A stretch of 64,000 nt of DNA from Hyphomicrobiales bacterium (GCA_039989895.1 JBDXGY010000004.1:21587-85586), one strand, 5' to 3'; shown: positions 39,781 to 50,621, numbered from the stretch's first letter. A program made the numbers and translations. The notes: generated by a model not told the origin, from the letters alone.

Positions 39781-40914
39781 TTATTGTCCTTCATTTGTAT
39801 TTGTAGAGTCTTTTGCTCGCTTTTGAATTTCAGGCAATGGCAGGTAAGGAACAACGCCCTGACCACCTGATTCACCACCAAGTATGACTTTATTAGAACT
39901 GCGCAAGACGCGCTCCATTGTCTCCAAGAACAAGCGTTTACGTGTTACGTCCGGCGCTTTTGAATATTCATCATAAATAGACACAAAACGCTGTGCTTCA
40001 CCGTTTGCTTCTTCAACAACACGTTTTTTATAAGCCGCCGCACCCTCACGGATACTGGCAGATTCACCACGTGCTGCACCCAGTTTTTGGTTTGAATAAC
40101 GGTTTGCTTCTTCAACAAAACGATCTTCGTCCTGCTCAGCACGTTGCACTTCATCAAAAGCATCAGCCACTTCGCGTGGCGGCGCCACGTTTTCGATTGT
40201 GATCCGGTTGATTTGAATACCTGTGCCATAACTTTCAAGCGTTGCTTGCGTAATAGCCCGCACTTCTTCAGAAATTGCCGCTCGTTTGTCACGGAAAATA
40301 TCCTGCGCCAGACCACGACCAACCACCTCACGCATAGCGCTTTCAGCGACTTTCGTTACCATCTCTTGAGGGTCTTCAACATTGAACAAGAAAGCCTGAG
40401 GGTCGACCATCTGCCACAAAGCGGCAAATTCGACTTCCACAATATTTTGATCACCTGAAAGCATGAGCCCAGCACCAGCAGAACCACGTGTTGAGACACC
40501 ACCAATCACAATGCGATTTTCACTCACCTGTGCCACTTCTACTGTTTCAAACGGCCACCAATGAAAATGCAATCCCTGATTGGAAATCTCAGTCTTCGGC
40601 TTACCGAACAATAATTCAACACCAAGTTGATTTGGCTGGATTTGATAAAAGGACTGCGTCAGCCATAAACCAATCGCGAAGATACCTATTAAAGCCATCA
40701 TAAACATATTGGGTTTGTCGCCGCCGCCAGGCATTACCTGTTTGATGCGGTCTTGCCCCCTGCGCAGCATTTCTTCCAGATCAGGTGGTTGATTGCCACC
40801 ACCGCCACCATTGCCACCTGAAGGACCATTGCCCCATGGGCCACCGCCATTACCGCCGCCATTGCCCCAAGGGCCTTTATTGCCGCCGCCGCCATTATTA
40901 TTGCTCCAAGGCAT
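39781..40914 (-). CDS. hflK: FtsH protease modulator HflK
   Basis: 377-aa ORF. Gly/Asn-rich N-terminus (GGGGNKGPWGNGGGNGGGPWGNG), TM helix and SPFH domain. Confidence 0.9.
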   Translation of the reverse strand: MPWSNNNGGGGNKGPWGNGGGNGGGPWGNGPSGGNGGGGGNQPPDLEEMLRRGQDRIKQVMPGGGDKPNMFMMALIGIFAIGLWLTQSFYQIQPNQLGVELLFGKPKTEISNQGLHFHWWPFETVEVAQVSENRIVIGGVSTRGSAGAGLMLSGDQNIVEVEFAALWQMVDPQAFLFNVEDPQEMVTKVAESAMREVVGRGLAQDIFRDKRAAISEEVRAITQATLESYGTGIQINRITIENVAPPREVADAFDEVQRAEQDEDRFVEEANRYSNQKLGAARGESASIREGAAAYKKRVVEEANGEAQRFVSIYDEYSKAPDVTRKRLFLETMERVLRSSNKVILGGESGGQGVVPYLPLPEIQKRAKDSTNTNEGQ

Positions 40915-41141
40915 TCAGTTATTCCTCAAGTGTTGGGGATTGTTATGATTATTTATCAATCCCAGTTGCTCGTCCTAAGTAAACCTAAAAACAGAATAGT
41001 TTCAGATAAATTTAGGGCTTTATAGGTTAGGTTTCGCATGCTTACAACGCACATTAACAGCTAAACGCTCTCCTATAGAATATGGCCATTTTGTAGATAA
41101 AGGAAAGTCATGAGCCCCATTTGGGTAGAAACAAGGTAAAT

Positions 41142-41660
41142 TCAAGCCACTTTACGCTCATAAATACGATATATTGTCGCCGCATTGTCTTTTTCGCCAC
41201 GCGGCACTTCCTCTTCAAAAACTATTTTCCACTCTTCTTCATCAATTTTTGGAAAATACGTGTCCCCGTTTGGGGTAGCATCCACATGCGTGATGTACAA
41301 TCGATCCGCATATTCCATTGCACTCGCATAAATCTGACCACCACCAGTAATCATCAATTCATCCTGCCCGGTTTTGAACGCCTCGACTTTTGCAATGATG
41401 ATCGCATCATCAAGCGAGTTGGAAAGAACAGCACCCTCAAGCTTAAGTGATTGATTTCGAGTAACCACGACATTCAACCGGCCTGGCAATGCCTTACCGA
41501 CGCTTTCAAATGTGCGCCGACCCATGATGATCGGCTTGCCCATCGTCACCGCTTTAAACCGTTTCAAGTCGGTCGAAAGCCGCCACGGCATATCATTATC
41601 TGCACCAATAACATTATTGCCAGCAACCGCTGCTATCAGTGAAATTGTGATATCACCCAT
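41142..41660 (-). CDS. folA: dihydrofolate reductase
   Basis: 172-aa ORF. SLIAAVAGNNVIGADNDMPW and MGRRTFESVG motifs. 3-nt gap from thyA. Confidence 0.9.
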   Translation of the reverse strand: MGDITISLIAAVAGNNVIGADNDMPWRLSTDLKRFKAVTMGKPIIMGRRTFESVGKALPGRLNVVVTRNQSLKLEGAVLSNSLDDAIIIAKVEAFKTGQDELMITGGGQIYASAMEYADRLYITHVDATPNGDTYFPKIDEEEWKIVFEEEVPRGEKDNAATIYRIYERKVA

Positions 41661-41663
41661 ACC

Positions 41664-42458
41664 TTATACCGCCACAGGCGCTTTAATATGAGGTGCGGCA
41701 ACATAATCAACCAACTCAAAATCATCATAGGTGAAATCGAAAATCCCCTGCCCTCGGTCTTTAATTAACATTTGAGGCAAGGGGCCCGGCGAACGGGTAA
41801 GTTGTTCTTTTGCTTGCTCAACATGGTTTGCATAAATATGGGCATCACCAAAAGAATGGACAAATTCCCCCAGCTGTAGCCCGCTCACGCGCGCAACCAT
41901 CAATGTTAAAAGTGCGTAAGACGCGATATTAAATGGCACACCTAAAAAGATATCAGCCGAGCGCTGATAAAGCTGACACGACAGCTTGCCATCAGCCACA
42001 TAAAACTGAAAAAGCGAGTGACATGGCGGCAAAGCCATATCGTCCACTTGCGACGGATTCCATGCTGATACAATCAAACGCCGACTATCGGGATTTGATT
42101 TAATCTGCACCATCAATTTACTGATTTGATCTACACTACCGCCATCAGCCTTTGGCCATGAGCGCCATTGGTATCCATAGACCGGCCCCAGATTACCATC
42201 CTCATCTGCCCAATCGTCCCATATTGAAACGCCATTTTCTTTCAGATAGCTAATATTAGTATCACCATTCAAGAACCATAAAAGCTCGTGAATGATTGAT
42301 CTCAGGTGCAACTTCTTTGTTGTCAACAAAGGAAAGCCGTCCGCCAGATTAAATCGCATCTGATAACCGAAAACAGAGCGTGTACCCGTACCAGTTCTGT
42401 CTTCTTTGACAGCACCATTTTCAAGCACATGACGCATGAAATCCAAGTATTGCCGCAT
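41664..42458 (-). CDS. thyA: thymidylate synthase
   Basis: ORF 41664..42491, start moved to ATG 42458 ([15 protein letters not shown]), giving 264 aa. Catalytic [11 protein letters not shown] and [19 protein letters not shown]. Confidence 0.95.
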   Translation of the reverse strand: MRQYLDFMRHVLENGAVKEDRTGTGTRSVFGYQMRFNLADGFPLLTTKKLHLRSIIHELLWFLNGDTNISYLKENGVSIWDDWADEDGNLGPVYGYQWRSWPKADGGSVDQISKLMVQIKSNPDSRRLIVSAWNPSQVDDMALPPCHSLFQFYVADGKLSCQLYQRSADIFLGVPFNIASYALLTLMVARVSGLQLGEFVHSFGDAHIYANHVEQAKEQLTRSPGPLPQMLIKDRGQGIFDFTYDDFELVDYVAAPHIKAPVAV

Positions 42459-42496
42459 GAAAATTCCTAATTCAGTGAGAATGCATGCCACAGTGC

Positions 42497-42530
42497 CAAA
42501 AACAAAACGAGCGGGTCAAACCCGCTCGTT
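42497..42530 (-). terminator. Rho-independent terminator downstream of the DUF2853 gene
   Basis: Perfect 11-bp stem AACGAGCGGGT-(3 nt)-ACCCGCTCGTT. On the minus strand it is followed by TTTGTTTTTGG. Confidence 0.75.
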
Positions 42531-42580
42531 AAATGCTTATTGTTACCCACAGCTTTCAAAAGTTTGCGGGACTTAGAACC

Positions 42581-42895
42581 TTACAGGTCGCCGAGTTTTC
42601 CAACTTCTTTTGCGCAAAGATAATAGAAAGTAACCCGTGATTTATTGGATTTAGAAGGTTTCATGATCTCACATACTCGAGCAATGACTTTATCGGCAGC
42701 AGCGCCATCGCTTTGGCCAAGCTTTTTCTTCATCCAACCGTCGCGCACTCGTCCAAGTTCTTTATCGTCAGAACAAGAAACCAATGACGAATCACGATTA
42801 CGCAGCGCAATGCCCAGATGTTTGACAATCTTTTTGACAATCTCTTCACTTGCACCGCTATCGTACTTTTTCACGTCTCCAAAATAATCACTCAT
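42581..42895 (-). CDS. DUF2853-family protein
   Basis: 104-aa ORF. MSDYFGDVKKYDSGASEEIVKKIVKHLGIALRNRDSSLVSCSD matches my recollection of DUF2853. Confidence 0.65.
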   Translation of the reverse strand: MSDYFGDVKKYDSGASEEIVKKIVKHLGIALRNRDSSLVSCSDDKELGRVRDGWMKKKLGQSDGAAADKVIARVCEIMKPSKSNKSRVTFYYLCAKEVGKLGDL

Positions 42896-43189
42896 AATTT
42901 ATTCTCCTCATAAAATCAGAACTCGACAAGGTTCAACATGCATTTTGCATACTGAACAGAAAATTAACAACACATTAATTGATCTTCATTTCAAGTATAG
43001 ATACACCAAACCCACAACTTATAAGTGCAAAAATTCGTATTTTCTCGGTATTTGATTAAATGTTCTTTCCTAAAATCGCTCAGAAAACCGTCAAAATACA
43101 ACCTCAGATTGATATGGTTAATGTCTTATAAATACTTTGCTAGTAGAACCATAATTTGAAATTAACAGCGTTAACCAGCCTATCTATAG

Positions 43190-44587
43190 ATGAATAAAAT
43201 GCGTGATTATCCATTACCCGACAACGAGCATGATCGGTTAAACCAACTCGAATCACTGCGCATATTGGATACGTTACAAGAAGAAGCCTTCAATCGTATT
43301 ACTCGCATCGCCTCCCATACACTCGACATGCCTATTGCTCTCGTTAATTTCGTCGGTGCAGATCAGCAATGGTTTAAGGCTAAGGTCGGCGTTGATATTT
43401 CACAAATGCCACGTGACCATGGTTTTTGTTCACATGCAATCTGTAGTAATGCGATATTAGAAATAAAAGACGCGACAAAAGATCCGCGCTATGCTGATAA
43501 CCCACTTGTACTGGGAGGTCCTAATGTTCGTTTTTACGCAGGCGCTCCCCTTTGCGTCAATAACACTTACAATTTAGGAACACTCAGCATTATTGACACC
43601 AAGCCTAGAAGCTTGAGTGCAGATGAAAGAATTCTCTTAACTGATCTTGCCGCAATGGCGACAGAGCTAATAGAACTACACCAAACAACTCAGCGCGCAA
43701 TCAAGGCTGAAGAACGATTGATTGATGCGGTTGAGACCATACCAGATGGTTTTGTACTTTTTGATAAAGACGATAAACTCGTCATGTGCAATCAACGTTA
43801 TAAAGATCTCTATTCCGAGACAGCAGAACACTTGTTACCCGGCATGCTCTTTAGCGATATGATTCGCAAAGGTGTCGAATGCGGCCAATATCCAGAAGCC
43901 ATTGGCAATGAAGAAGCCTGGATTGAAAATAGATTAGAGCGGCATCGCGAATCGAACAGTACCCTTGAGCAACAATTGCCGGGTGACCGTTGGTTGCGCA
44001 TTCAAGAACGCCGCACAAGTGAAGGCGGCATGGTCGGTTTCCGAGTAGACATTACACAGTTAAAACGACAGCAAAGAGAACTATCTCGCCTTGCATGGAC
44101 CGACGGCCTAACGAACTGTTTGAACCGTCGTCGCTTTGTTGATCTGGTCAACGGCGAAATCAACCGCGGACAGCGGTCGAACACACCAGGCGCATTGATC
44201 TTAATTGATATCGATCATTTCAAAAAAATTAATGATGTGTTTGGGCATGCAGCAGGCGATCAGGTTTTGGTCGAACTGGTAAAGCGTTGGAATATCGAAT
44301 TGCGGGAGTATGATCAACTTGCAAGAATCGGCGGAGAAGAATTCGCAATTCTTCTACCTCAATGCGATGATAATGGGGCCGAGCTCGTTGTTGAGCGTCT
44401 TCTCAAGATAACATCAGACCAACCAATACGCGTTAAAGGTGTTGATATTTCCATTACAATGAGCGCTGGATTAATTATGTTCTCATACCGCGAAGATACG
44501 GTAGACACAGCCTTGGCTCGTGCCGACGAAGCGCTGTATACAGCCAAAAGACAAGGCCGTAATTGCTACGTTACAAAAGCAGCATAA
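43190..44587 (+). CDS. GAF-PAS-GGDEF diguanylate cyclase
   Basis: 465-aa ORF. GAF region (FNRITRIASHTLDMPIALVNFVGADQQWFKAKVG), PAS-like region (DGFVLFDKDDKLVMCNQRYKDLY), and a GGDEF domain with active site GGEEF and I-site RxxD (REYDQLARIGGEEF). Confidence 0.85.
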   Translation: MNKMRDYPLPDNEHDRLNQLESLRILDTLQEEAFNRITRIASHTLDMPIALVNFVGADQQWFKAKVGVDISQMPRDHGFCSHAICSNAILEIKDATKDPRYADNPLVLGGPNVRFYAGAPLCVNNTYNLGTLSIIDTKPRSLSADERILLTDLAAMATELIELHQTTQRAIKAEERLIDAVETIPDGFVLFDKDDKLVMCNQRYKDLYSETAEHLLPGMLFSDMIRKGVECGQYPEAIGNEEAWIENRLERHRESNSTLEQQLPGDRWLRIQERRTSEGGMVGFRVDITQLKRQQRELSRLAWTDGLTNCLNRRRFVDLVNGEINRGQRSNTPGALILIDIDHFKKINDVFGHAAGDQVLVELVKRWNIELREYDQLARIGGEEFAILLPQCDDNGAELVVERLLKITSDQPIRVKGVDISITMSAGLIMFSYREDTVDTALARADEALYTAKRQGRNCYVTKAA

Positions 44588-44600
44588 TCATTGAATTTAC

Positions 44601-45995
44601 TTAGCTCAATATCTTGCCTGGATTCATAATATCCCGCGGATCAAGCGCTTGTTTAATGGCGCGCATATAGTCCACACCATCGCCCATTTCATCAACCAGA
44701 TATTTTTGTTTGCCTTGTCCTATTCCGTGTTCGCCCGTACAGGTACCGTCCATAGCTAAAGCACGCTTATTAAGACGAGACACAAAGGCCTCGACCGCTG
44801 CAACCTCGGCTGGATTGTTTTCGTCCAGTAAAACAAGCACATGAAAATTACCATCGCCAACATGCCCAACGATTGGCGCCAGAAAACCTTGATCTGCGAT
44901 ATCTTTTTGAGTCTCCACCATACATTCAGCTAATCTGGAAATTGGAACGCAGACATCAGTTGCAATAGCTTTTTTGCTAGGGGCAAGCTGCAAAGCGGCC
45001 CAGTAAGCATCATGTCGTGCCTGCCACAGCTTTGTCCGCTCTTCGTCATCCGTGGTCCAGATAAATTCACCACCACCGTGTTCAGTGACAATCTCAGCGA
45101 ACATATCAGCTTGCTCACGAACGCCCGTAACAGAGCCATGAAACTCCAAAAGCAAAAGTGGCTCTTCACGCAAAGCAAGCTTCGAATAAGCGTTCACCGC
45201 CTTCACTTGCATTGTATCAAGAAGCTCAATACGCGCCACAGGTATACCCATCTGCATGGTTTCAATAACGGCATTACAAGCCGCCTCTTCTGTCGGGAAA
45301 GAACATGAACCACCCGATACCGCTTCAGGTATTCCATAAAGGCGAAGTGTCAATTCAGTGATAATCCCAAGCGTACCCTCAGCCCCTATCAAAAGCCGCG
45401 TCAAATCATAACCGGCAGAAGATTTTCGTGTCCGTTTCGCAGTCTTAATAATGCGCCCATCAGCCATCACCGCAGTGAGCGAAATGACATTATCGCGCAT
45501 CGTCCCATAACGAACAGCATTAGTGCCAGAGGCGCGCGTTGATGCCATGCCGCCAAGGCTCGCATCAGCGCCCGGATCAATAGGAAAAAACAACCCCGTA
45601 TCACGCAAATAAATATTGAGTTCTTTGCGAGTAATTCCCGCTTGAACCGTGCAATCAAAGTCTTCAGGATAAACCTCAATCACCTCATTCATATGCGACA
45701 AATCCACACAAATACCGCCAAAAGGTGCATTCACATGACCTTCAAGAGAAGTACCCGCACCAAAAGCAATCACCGGCACATTATAATGCCCGCAAGTTTT
45801 CACAATCTCGGCCACCTCTTGCGTGGAATGCACAAAAATAACCGCATCAGGAGCTTGGTTGGAGAGAAATGTTGTTGTGTGCCCATGCTGTTCACGCACA
45901 GATTGCGCGGTAGAAAGCCTATCGGCAAAACGTTGACGCAAAACATCGATGGCCGTCTCAACACCCGAAATGTTTCTTTCATCCACAGAACTCAT
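44601..45995 (-). CDS. FAD-linked oxidase (D-lactate dehydrogenase/GlcD-like)
   Basis: ORF 44601..46073, start moved to ATG 45995 (MSSVDERN) with SD AGGAGGG. FAD_binding_4 motif PVIAFGAGTSLEGH and C-terminal HGIGQGK. Confidence 0.85.
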   Translation of the reverse strand: MSSVDERNISGVETAIDVLRQRFADRLSTAQSVREQHGHTTTFLSNQAPDAVIFVHSTQEVAEIVKTCGHYNVPVIAFGAGTSLEGHVNAPFGGICVDLSHMNEVIEVYPEDFDCTVQAGITRKELNIYLRDTGLFFPIDPGADASLGGMASTRASGTNAVRYGTMRDNVISLTAVMADGRIIKTAKRTRKSSAGYDLTRLLIGAEGTLGIITELTLRLYGIPEAVSGGSCSFPTEEAACNAVIETMQMGIPVARIELLDTMQVKAVNAYSKLALREEPLLLLEFHGSVTGVREQADMFAEIVTEHGGGEFIWTTDDEERTKLWQARHDAYWAALQLAPSKKAIATDVCVPISRLAECMVETQKDIADQGFLAPIVGHVGDGNFHVLVLLDENNPAEVAAVEAFVSRLNKRALAMDGTCTGEHGIGQGKQKYLVDEMGDGVDYMRAIKQALDPRDIMNPGKILS

Positions 45996-46137
45996 CAGCT
46001 TCCCTCCTGCATTTTGTTTATCCTGAGGATTAAATGAAATTTTGCAAATTCTTTTGCGCTTGACCCTAATCATTTTTTGCTTTCGCTCGCCGTCAGGCGT
46101 ACCCTTTAAAAAGAAAGAGAGATTCTGAATTTAGATT

Positions 46138-47826
46138 ATGACGCCGCCAGAACAGAAACCACCACGCGAAAACCCCATCAAGGCCCGTATCTTATCCATA
46201 CTGGCATTGCCTTTATTTGCGGTTGTTATCCAGTGGATAAAGCCCAACCTGACCTATTACCAAACCACCCGTCAGCCAACACTATGGCTTTTTGGTCTTA
46301 TCGCTGGAACATGTGTGGGTATAGCCACAATAGGTTTTCGTGAACTCCTTGGGCTTTTTCAATTAATCTGGCTTCAAGACATGAGCGAATTTGTGGCAAC
46401 AGCAGCCCGCAAACAACCTTGGTGGGTAATTCTCATCACCCCGACAATTGGCGGCCTGATTGTCGGTATTATGCTTGAAAAACTCATGATAGGAAAACGC
46501 GCTTTAGGTGTGCCAGATGTCATAGCTGCGCGCGCCCAAACCACCCAGCGCCTATCGTTCAGACAAGGTATCTATAGCGCGCTGATCTCCGCCACTTCTC
46601 TCGGCTTTGGTGCAAGTTCCGGCCGTGAAGGTCCAGTTGTTCATCTTGGTGCCACCATTTCCACCTTCTTTTCCGAAAAACTTGGAATGGGTGGACGTGG
46701 CACCCGCATTATGTTGGCGTGCGGTGTCGCCTCAGCTGTATCCGCATCCTTTAACGCACCCATTGCCGGTGTTTTATTTGCCCATGAAGTTATCCTTGGA
46801 CATTATGCCGCCAGCGCTTTTGTGCCTATCGTCATCTCCTCTGTTGCCGGCACAGTCATCTCAAGGCTGTACTTCGGAGAAACCGCCGCCTTTATCATCC
46901 CCGATTATCAAATTACATCTTATTGGGAATTCCCTGCCTTCGCGCTTCTGGGTGTTGTTTGCGCGCTTGTTGCAATTGCCTTTCAGGCAACATTAGTCGG
47001 TGCCGACTGGACCGCCCGCCACATTAACATACGCCTATGGATGCGCCCTGTCCTTGGAGGGCTTTTGATCGGCTTTATTGCCATGTTCTACCCTGAAATA
47101 CTGGGGGTAGGATATGAGGCAACCAACCAAGCCCTTCATGGTCAACTGACTCTCACTATTCTCATAAGCTTGCTCATCTTAAAAACAGTGGCCACCGCCA
47201 TAACACTCGCCTCGCGCTTTGGAGGTGGCGTCTTTTCGCCCGCCCTTTATCTTGGCGCCATGACAGGCGGAGCCTTTGGACTGGTAGCAGCAGGTTTCTC
47301 GCCTGATCTGGCATCGAGCGGCGGTGTTTATGCCATTCTCGGCATGGGCGCAGTGGCGGCCAGCGTTATTGGCGCTCCAATCTCAACCGTTTTAATCGTT
47401 TTCGAGCTGACTGGCGGCTATACGCTAACCATTGCTTTGCTTATAACGATCGCTATTTCCCATGGCTTAACACAAGCCTTGCATGGGCGTTCGTTCTTCC
47501 ACTGGCAATTAGAAATGCGCGGGCTATTCGTGCAGGAAGGACCACACAAATATCTCGGCAAAAACACCTATGTCGGCGAAATCATGCGCCCACTTGCCGA
47601 TGACGAAGAGGTGGAACCCTTTGACCCAGGCAGCGGGGAGACCTATTTACGCCCTGGCGATACATTAGAGACAGCTTTGCGCTCGTTCGATACAAGCGAC
47701 AACCATCGCATCCCTGTCGTTGACCCTGGGGATGCCACCAAAGTTCTCGCCTTCGTGGTTCACGTCGACGTCCTCAGTCGTTTCAACTCAGCCCTCATCA
47801 ATGCAAGCGAAGAAGAACATCGATAA
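46138..47826 (+). CDS. ClC-family chloride channel/antiporter with C-terminal CBS-like region
   Basis: 562-aa ORF. Selectivity motifs GSSGREGPVVH (gating Glu present), GVLFAHEV and GGVFSPAL. Confidence 0.9.
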   Translation: MTPPEQKPPRENPIKARILSILALPLFAVVIQWIKPNLTYYQTTRQPTLWLFGLIAGTCVGIATIGFRELLGLFQLIWLQDMSEFVATAARKQPWWVILITPTIGGLIVGIMLEKLMIGKRALGVPDVIAARAQTTQRLSFRQGIYSALISATSLGFGASSGREGPVVHLGATISTFFSEKLGMGGRGTRIMLACGVASAVSASFNAPIAGVLFAHEVILGHYAASAFVPIVISSVAGTVISRLYFGETAAFIIPDYQITSYWEFPAFALLGVVCALVAIAFQATLVGADWTARHINIRLWMRPVLGGLLIGFIAMFYPEILGVGYEATNQALHGQLTLTILISLLILKTVATAITLASRFGGGVFSPALYLGAMTGGAFGLVAAGFSPDLASSGGVYAILGMGAVAASVIGAPISTVLIVFELTGGYTLTIALLITIAISHGLTQALHGRSFFHWQLEMRGLFVQEGPHKYLGKNTYVGEIMRPLADDEEVEPFDPGSGETYLRPGDTLETALRSFDTSDNHRIPVVDPGDATKVLAFVVHVDVLSRFNSALINASEEEHR

Positions 47827-47955
47827 GAGATTAGCCTCTTGATGATCGCATTATTCATTGGATAAGAACCACAAGCGCATGAGTTGCCTTCTGCTTGTCA
47901 AATGAATGTTGCTATAGTGTCTCACTAATAGAGATTCGAAATCTAAAGCACATTC

Positions 47956-50586
47956 ATGAGCCGTCATCCAACCAAGCCCGACAATGAGACACTAAGCCCC
48001 CCATCGAGCTGGGATGATGTGCCTTTACACGATGGTGCAAACCTGCCACCGGAAGCCTTTGATGATGAGAGGCAAGATCACGGCCCGCAAGATACATCTG
48101 TTGCACCCGCGCCGAGCAATGACGCCCCTTCACTTAATAGCGGCATCGCAGCGCGTGCCCTCGCCGCGCGTTCTATCGGCCACAACGCCGACTATTTAAA
48201 TGGTCTAAACCCTGAACAGCGCGATGCAGTGGAAAGCCTCGATGGGCCAGTGCTGGTATTGGCTGGAGCTGGAACCGGCAAAACCCGCGTCCTCACCACA
48301 CGTATCGGCCATATCTTGGCGACAGGCAAAGCCACCCCGTATCAAATTCTCGCGGTCACCTTCACCAACAAAGCCGCGAGAGAGATGAAACATCGCATCG
48401 CCTCAATGATTGGTGATGGCGTGGAGGGCATGCAATGGCTTGGCACCTTCCATTCTATCTGCGTCAAAATCCTGCGCCGCCATGCAGAACTTGTCGGCCT
48501 CAAATCAAACTTCACGATTTTGGATACAGACGACCAAATACGTTTATTGAAGCAGCTCATCAATGCAGAAGACATCGATATTAAACGCTGGCCCGCACGC
48601 CAATTTGCCAATCAAATCGACGGCTGGAAAAACAAAGGCCTCATACCGTCCATGTTGCCAGAAGGTGAAGCCCGCGCATTTGGCAATGGCAAGGGCCGCA
48701 AGCTTTATGAAGCTTATCAAGCACGCCTAAAAACACTCAACGCCTGCGACTTCGGTGATTTGCTCATGGAATGTCTGCGCCTGTTTAAAGAAAATCCAGA
48801 CGTGCTCACAAAGTACCAAACCCGCTTTCGTTATATTCTGGTCGACGAATATCAAGACACCAATGTCTCGCAATATATGTGGCTGCGCCTCTTAGCTCAA
48901 AAACCGAGCGAGCGCAGCAAGCTCACGGCCGAAGAGGCCGACGCGGCAACCGCCGCGTGCATGCGCAGCCAAAGCGAAGCTTCTGGCGCGAGCTCAAACA
49001 AAGCCAACATATGCTGCGTTGGTGATGACGACCAATCGATATATGGCTGGCGCGGGGCTGAGGTTGATAATATCCTACGTTTTGAAAAAGACTTCCCTGG
49101 CGCAAAGATCATAAAGCTCGAGCGCAATTACCGCTCCACCAGCCACATCCTCGCCACCGCTTCTCATCTCATCAGCCACAATGAAGACAGGCTCGGCAAA
49201 ACTCTATTCACAGACAAGACCGGTGAGGACGAAGAAAAAGTCTATGTTGCCTCTGCATGGGATTCCGAAGAAGAAGCCCGTTCAATTGGTGAGGAAATAG
49301 AACAAATAGAGCGCCAAGGCAGCAGCTTGAATGATATTGCGATTTTAGTGCGCGCTTCATTTCAAATGCGCGAGTTCGAAGATCGTTTTGTGACCCTTGG
49401 CCTCAACTACCGTGTCATTGGCGGTCCGCGCTTTTATGAGCGCATGGAGATCCGCGATGCGCTGGCTTATTTTCGCGCAATCGTACAACCCGCTGATGAT
49501 CTGGCATTTGAGCGCATCGTCAACAAGCCAAAACGCGGACTGGGCGATGCCACCATCCGCCTCATCCATGACACAGCGCGTGCGCGCAATATTCCCATGA
49601 TGCAGGCTGTCATGGAACTTGTGCAGACCGAAGAATTAAAACCCAAACAGCGCACAACCTTACGCGGTTTGATGGAAAGCTTCGCGCGCTGGAACCAGCA
49701 AATCGAGAACATGTCACACACGGAAGTGGCCGAAATCATTCTCGATGAAAGCGGCTATACAGAAATGTGGCAAAATGACCGCTCTGCCGATGCACCTGGA
49801 CGCCTTGATAACCTCAAAGAATTGATCCGCTCCATGGAAGAGTTTGAGAGCATGGAAGGCTTTCTTGAGCATATCTCGCTGGTGATGGACCGCGACAATA
49901 ATGAGGCGCTCGATGCCGTCTCGCTGATGACACTCCATTCTGCCAAGGGGCTTGAGTTCGACACAGTGTTTTTGCCTGGTTGGGAAGAAGGCCTCTTTCC
50001 CCATCAACGTGCACTAGATGAAAGTGGCCGTGCTGGCCTCGAAGAAGAACGCCGCCTTGCCTATGTCGGCGTCACACGCGCCAAGAAACGCGCTAAAATA
50101 TGGTTCACCTCTAACCGCCGCATTCATGGATTATGGCAATCTTCCATTCCTTCCCGCTTCCTCGATGAACTGCCTGCAGACCATGTGGAAATTGTCGAAA
50201 GCGGTCAATCCTACAGCGGCTATGGGGCTGGTTCTTCAGCTGGTCAATATGGCTCATCGCGCTTTGATCTGCGCGATCCGTTCCAAAACACCTATGCCAC
50301 ACCGGGCTGGCAACGCGCCCAAAAAAACAACGCAGACAAAGAAGCCTTCTCGGAGAGTGGCGGTTATCGCGGGCAAAAGAAAAAAGTCAGTTCACCATTA
50401 ATCGAAGGCAAGGCTTTTGCCAAAACCACTAAAAAGGTGAAATCAGACTTTGCTATAGGCGAGCGTGTCTTCCATCTCAAGTTCGGTTACGGACAGGTCG
50501 CAGCCATCGACGGTAACAAGCTAACCATCGACTTTGAAAAAGCTGGACAAAAACGTGTCTTAGACAGCTTTTTAGAACGTCATTAA
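47956..50586 (+). CDS. uvrD: UvrD/PcrA-family ATP-dependent DNA helicase
   Basis: 876-aa ORF. Helicase motifs AGAGTGKT, VDEYQDTN, GDDDQSIYGWRGA, NYRS, TLHSAKGLEFD, RRLAYVGVTRAK. Disordered N-terminal ~80 aa. C-terminal Tudor-like segment GERVFHLKFGYGQVAAIDG. Confidence 0.9.
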   Translation: MSRHPTKPDNETLSPPSSWDDVPLHDGANLPPEAFDDERQDHGPQDTSVAPAPSNDAPSLNSGIAARALAARSIGHNADYLNGLNPEQRDAVESLDGPVLVLAGAGTGKTRVLTTRIGHILATGKATPYQILAVTFTNKAAREMKHRIASMIGDGVEGMQWLGTFHSICVKILRRHAELVGLKSNFTILDTDDQIRLLKQLINAEDIDIKRWPARQFANQIDGWKNKGLIPSMLPEGEARAFGNGKGRKLYEAYQARLKTLNACDFGDLLMECLRLFKENPDVLTKYQTRFRYILVDEYQDTNVSQYMWLRLLAQKPSERSKLTAEEADAATAACMRSQSEASGASSNKANICCVGDDDQSIYGWRGAEVDNILRFEKDFPGAKIIKLERNYRSTSHILATASHLISHNEDRLGKTLFTDKTGEDEEKVYVASAWDSEEEARSIGEEIEQIERQGSSLNDIAILVRASFQMREFEDRFVTLGLNYRVIGGPRFYERMEIRDALAYFRAIVQPADDLAFERIVNKPKRGLGDATIRLIHDTARARNIPMMQAVMELVQTEELKPKQRTTLRGLMESFARWNQQIENMSHTEVAEIILDESGYTEMWQNDRSADAPGRLDNLKELIRSMEEFESMEGFLEHISLVMDRDNNEALDAVSLMTLHSAKGLEFDTVFLPGWEEGLFPHQRALDESGRAGLEEERRLAYVGVTRAKKRAKIWFTSNRRIHGLWQSSIPSRFLDELPADHVEIVESGQSYSGYGAGSSAGQYGSSRFDLRDPFQNTYATPGWQRAQKNNADKEAFSESGGYRGQKKKVSSPLIEGKAFAKTTKKVKSDFAIGERVFHLKFGYGQVAAIDGNKLTIDFEKAGQKRVLDSFLERH

Positions 50587-50592
50587 AAGAAA

Positions 50593-50621
50593 CGGGAGCA
50601 GTCGCCTGCCCCCGCTTTTAT
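50593..50621 (+). terminator. possible terminator between convergent uvrD and aqpZ
   Basis: Stem CGGGAGCAG-TCGC-CTGCCCCCG (one mismatch) followed by CTTTTATT. Confidence 0.45.

Noticed and set aside
40786-40914. GGC/GCC-rich repetitive DNA at the hflK 5' end
   Set aside because: It encodes the Gly/Asn-rich N-terminus common to alphaproteobacterial HflK. It is not an independent repeat element.
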